From: Eledone cirrhosa
Lineage: Eukaryota
NCBI GenBank assembly: GCA_964016885.1
Contig: CAXHJY010001336.1
Location: forward strand, 1 to 43,989
Direction of reading: 5' to 3'
DNA length: 43,989 nucleotides
The notes under the pieces were generated by a model, which saw nothing but the letters and a program-made list of their open reading frames with translations, ran no database searches and was not told the DNA's origin. Position numbers and translations under genes: made by a program. Shown here in pieces: positions 36,401 through 43,989 of the stretch. Numbering within the stretch: the stretch's first letter is position 1; every line of letters begins with the position of its first letter.

Positions 36401-37228
36401 TTGCATGCTCCGCTGGATGTGAAATAGTAATATACGTGAACGGCAAAGCATAAACGAACTAAGGAAAAAATTAGAAACAAGAGGGATCAGATGTTGTTTA
36501 CTCGAGAGAAGACTACTTTGGTACGGTCACGTGATGCGCATGAAAGATGATAGCTGTATAACAAAGTGCAGGGCAATAAAGATAGACGGTAGCCACAGAG
36601 TAGGCAAACCCAGAAAAACCTGGGACGAGCTGATAAATTCCCACCTGACACACTTACACCTCTCCAAGACAATGTCACTGGACCGAGACCTTTGGCGGTA
36701 CTCAGTAATAGAGAAGACCCGCCTTACCTAAATACAAAGGAAAACCTACTACAGTCAGTAGGCAGCTCTAACAAAATACACCCCCGTCCCACCACCCACA
36801 CCCCATCCACACCGCCCCCTTCTATGTAAAGTTATGTTGGTGCCACACCATCCAGGCCGAAACAAATGAGATCGTGTAGGTGTCACGACAAAAAAACACA
36901 CAGTCCACACTGTAATGTGGCCGTGTAGGTAACACGGTAAAAACATCCCAGACCCACATTGTAAATGTGGTTGGTGTTAGGAAGGGCATCCAGCTGTAGA
37001 AAACCTGCCAGACAGTCCACGCTGTAATGTGGCCGTGTAGGCAACACGGTAAAAACCTCCCAGCTCCACACTGTAAATGTGGTTGGTGTTAGGAAGGGCA
37101 TCCAGCTGTAGAAAACCCGCCAGACAGTCCTATGCGAGCAAGACAATCACTCTTGCCTCAAGTGGGAAAACCCCCGTCCAAACCCATGCAAGCGTGGAAC
37201 ACGGACGTTAAACGATGATGATGATGAT
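36401..37228 (+). mobile_element. Second RTE LINE 3' end in tandem, with an internal UTR duplication
   Basis: [20 protein letters not shown]; the segment CAGTCCAC..GTAGAAAACC occurs twice (~36900-37125). Confidence 0.88.
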
Positions 37229-42230
<5,002 letters not shown>

Positions 42231-42538
42231 GTATATATGTGTGCGTCCGCATGTATCTGTGTGTTTCTAAATATATTAATAACTCCCTCTGGTCGAGCAA
42301 TCTTCGAGGTGTGGGGACAACTGGAAAGCTTCCATTACTCATACTTCTCGCCTTCTTCACTACCTCTTCTACGGCCTCGATATGAATACCCCTCCGCCTC
42401 CGTGGTATTTTCTTCGTGGTTATAGGAGGCTTAGCTCTGTTTCTCGACAGTTATATCGCGTGACTATCTCCCCCTCCGCCTTTTGGGATTCTTTCTCACG
42501 TCGTGTAGACGCGTTCTTGAGACTAGTAAAATGAGGTA

Positions 42539-42626
42539 TCCTCTTGATAAGTCGGCAGACCTCGCAAGGACTCTATATCTTTGATATATTGTTTTTGTTT
42601 ATGCCACGAAACTACGTAGTCGAGGA
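42539..42626 (+). ncRNA. Type I hammerhead ribozyme, U3-A8 core variant (unit 1)
   Basis: TCCTC-TTGATAA-GTCGGCA...TGCCAC-GAAA-CTACGTAG-TC^GAGGA; cleavage after 42621. Confidence 0.82.
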
Positions 42627-43129
42627 ATTTAGGAACAGTTTAGGTATGATACATTTTATTACTAATTATATCTAAATGTTTCTTCTCTCTTCATAATGTA
42701 TTTTTAACTCTGATACTGGTTCAGTCTAGTTCAAACTGAATTGGTCTGTCCTGGTCATTCATTGAGCAACATCGGTGAAGTTGGCACCCTTAACTCACAG
42801 TTGGGTGCGGATGCGTTCATGTATATATGTGTGCGTCCGCATGTATCTGTGTGTTTCTAAATATATTAATAACTCCCTCTGGTCGAGCAATCTTCGAGGT
42901 GTGGGGACAACTGGAAAGCTTCCATTACTCATACTTCTCGCCTTCTTCACTACCTCTTCTACGGCCTCGATATGAATACCCCCTCCGCCTCCGTGGTATT
43001 TTCTTCATGGTTATAGGAGGCTTAGCTCTGTTTCTCGACAGTTATATCGCGTGACTATCTCCCCCTCCGCCTTTTGGGATTCTTTCTCACGTCGTGTAGA
43101 CGCGTTCTTGAGACTAGTAAAATGAGGTA

Positions 43130-43217
43130 TCCTCTTGATAAGTCGGCAGACCTCGCAAGGACTCTATATCTTTGATATATTGTTTTTGTTTATGCCACGA
43201 AACTACGTAGTCGAGGA
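43130..43217 (+). ncRNA. Type I hammerhead ribozyme, U3-A8 core variant (unit 2)
   Basis: Identical motif; cleavage after 43212. Confidence 0.82.
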
Positions 43218-43720
43218 ATTTAGGAACAGTTTAGGTATGATACATTTTATTACTAATTATATCTAAATGTTTCTTCTCTCTTCATAATGTATTTTTAACT
43301 CTGATACTGGTTCAGTCTAGTTCAAACTGAATTGGTCTGTCCCGGTCATTCATTGAGCAACATCGGTGAAGTTGGCACCCTTAACTCACAGTTGGGTGCG
43401 GATGCGTTCATGTATATATGTGTGCGTCCGCATGTATCTGTGTGTTTCTAAATATATTAATAACTCCCTCTGGTCGAGCAATCTTCGAGGTGTGGGGACA
43501 ACTGGAAAGCTTCCATTACTCATACTTCTCGCCTTCTTCACTACCTCTTCTACGGCCTCGATATGAATACCCCCTCCGCCTCCGTGGTATTTTCTTCGTG
43601 GTTATAGGAGGCTTAGCTCTGTTTCTCGACAGTTATATCGCGTGACTATCTCCCCCTCCGCCTTTTGGGATTCTTTCTCACGTCGTGTAGACGCGTTCTT
43701 GAGACTAGTAAAATGAGGTA

Positions 43721-43808
43721 TCCTCTTGATAAGTCGGCAGACCTCGCAAGGACTCTATATCTTTGATATATTGTTTTTGTTTATGCCACGAAACTACGTA
43801 GTCGAGGA
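43721..43808 (+). ncRNA. Type I hammerhead ribozyme, U3-A8 core variant (unit 3)
   Basis: Identical motif; cleavage after 43803. Confidence 0.82.
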
Positions 43809-43989
43809 TTTAGGAACAGTTTAGGTATGATACATTTTATTACTAATTATATCTAAATGTTTCTTCTCTCTTCATAATGTATTTTTAACTCTGATACTGG
43901 TTCAGTCTAGTTCAAACTGAATTGGTCTGTCCCGGTCATTCATTGAGCAACATCGGTGAAGTTGGCACCCTTAACTCACAGTTGGGTGC

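Larger units (their letters stand above)
42231..43989 (+). mobile_element. Tandem 590/591-bp hammerhead-bearing repeat (retrozyme-like or tandem Penelope pLTR), about 3 units, runs off the window end
   Basis: Units start at 42231, 42821 and 43412, differ at only a few positions, and carry one HHR each. Confidence 0.85.

Noticed and set aside
42237-43645. Short 62-75 aa ORFs in the 591-bp unit
   Set aside because: No recognisable domain, one ORF is frameshifted between units, and the starts lie in low-complexity or GTG context

Overview
Repeat-dense, AT-rich metazoan DNA. The SINE/RTE repeat style and microsatellite load suggest an octopod cephalopod (inference). The only host coding sequence I can support is one 204-bp minus-strand exon of a CREBL2/REPTOR-BP-like bZIP gene (4148-4351). 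Mobile elements: a full-length decayed CsRn1-type Gypsy retrotransposon (28069-33903); Tx1/L1, RTE and R4/Dong-like LINE fragments; a decayed DD37D (maT) transposase; MITEs; SINEs. Tandem repeats include a 79 x 52-bp satellite with higher-order structure and a 5-kb (TA)-rich tract. The most interesting signal is non-coding: eight type I hammerhead ribozyme (HHR) motifs in five unrelated sequence contexts. Three lie in a tandem 591-bp, highly structured, retrozyme-like array with a compensatory U3-A8 core. Two are opposite-polarity copies in the arms of a ~720-bp near-perfect palindrome. Most long ORFs in the ORF track are repeat artefacts.
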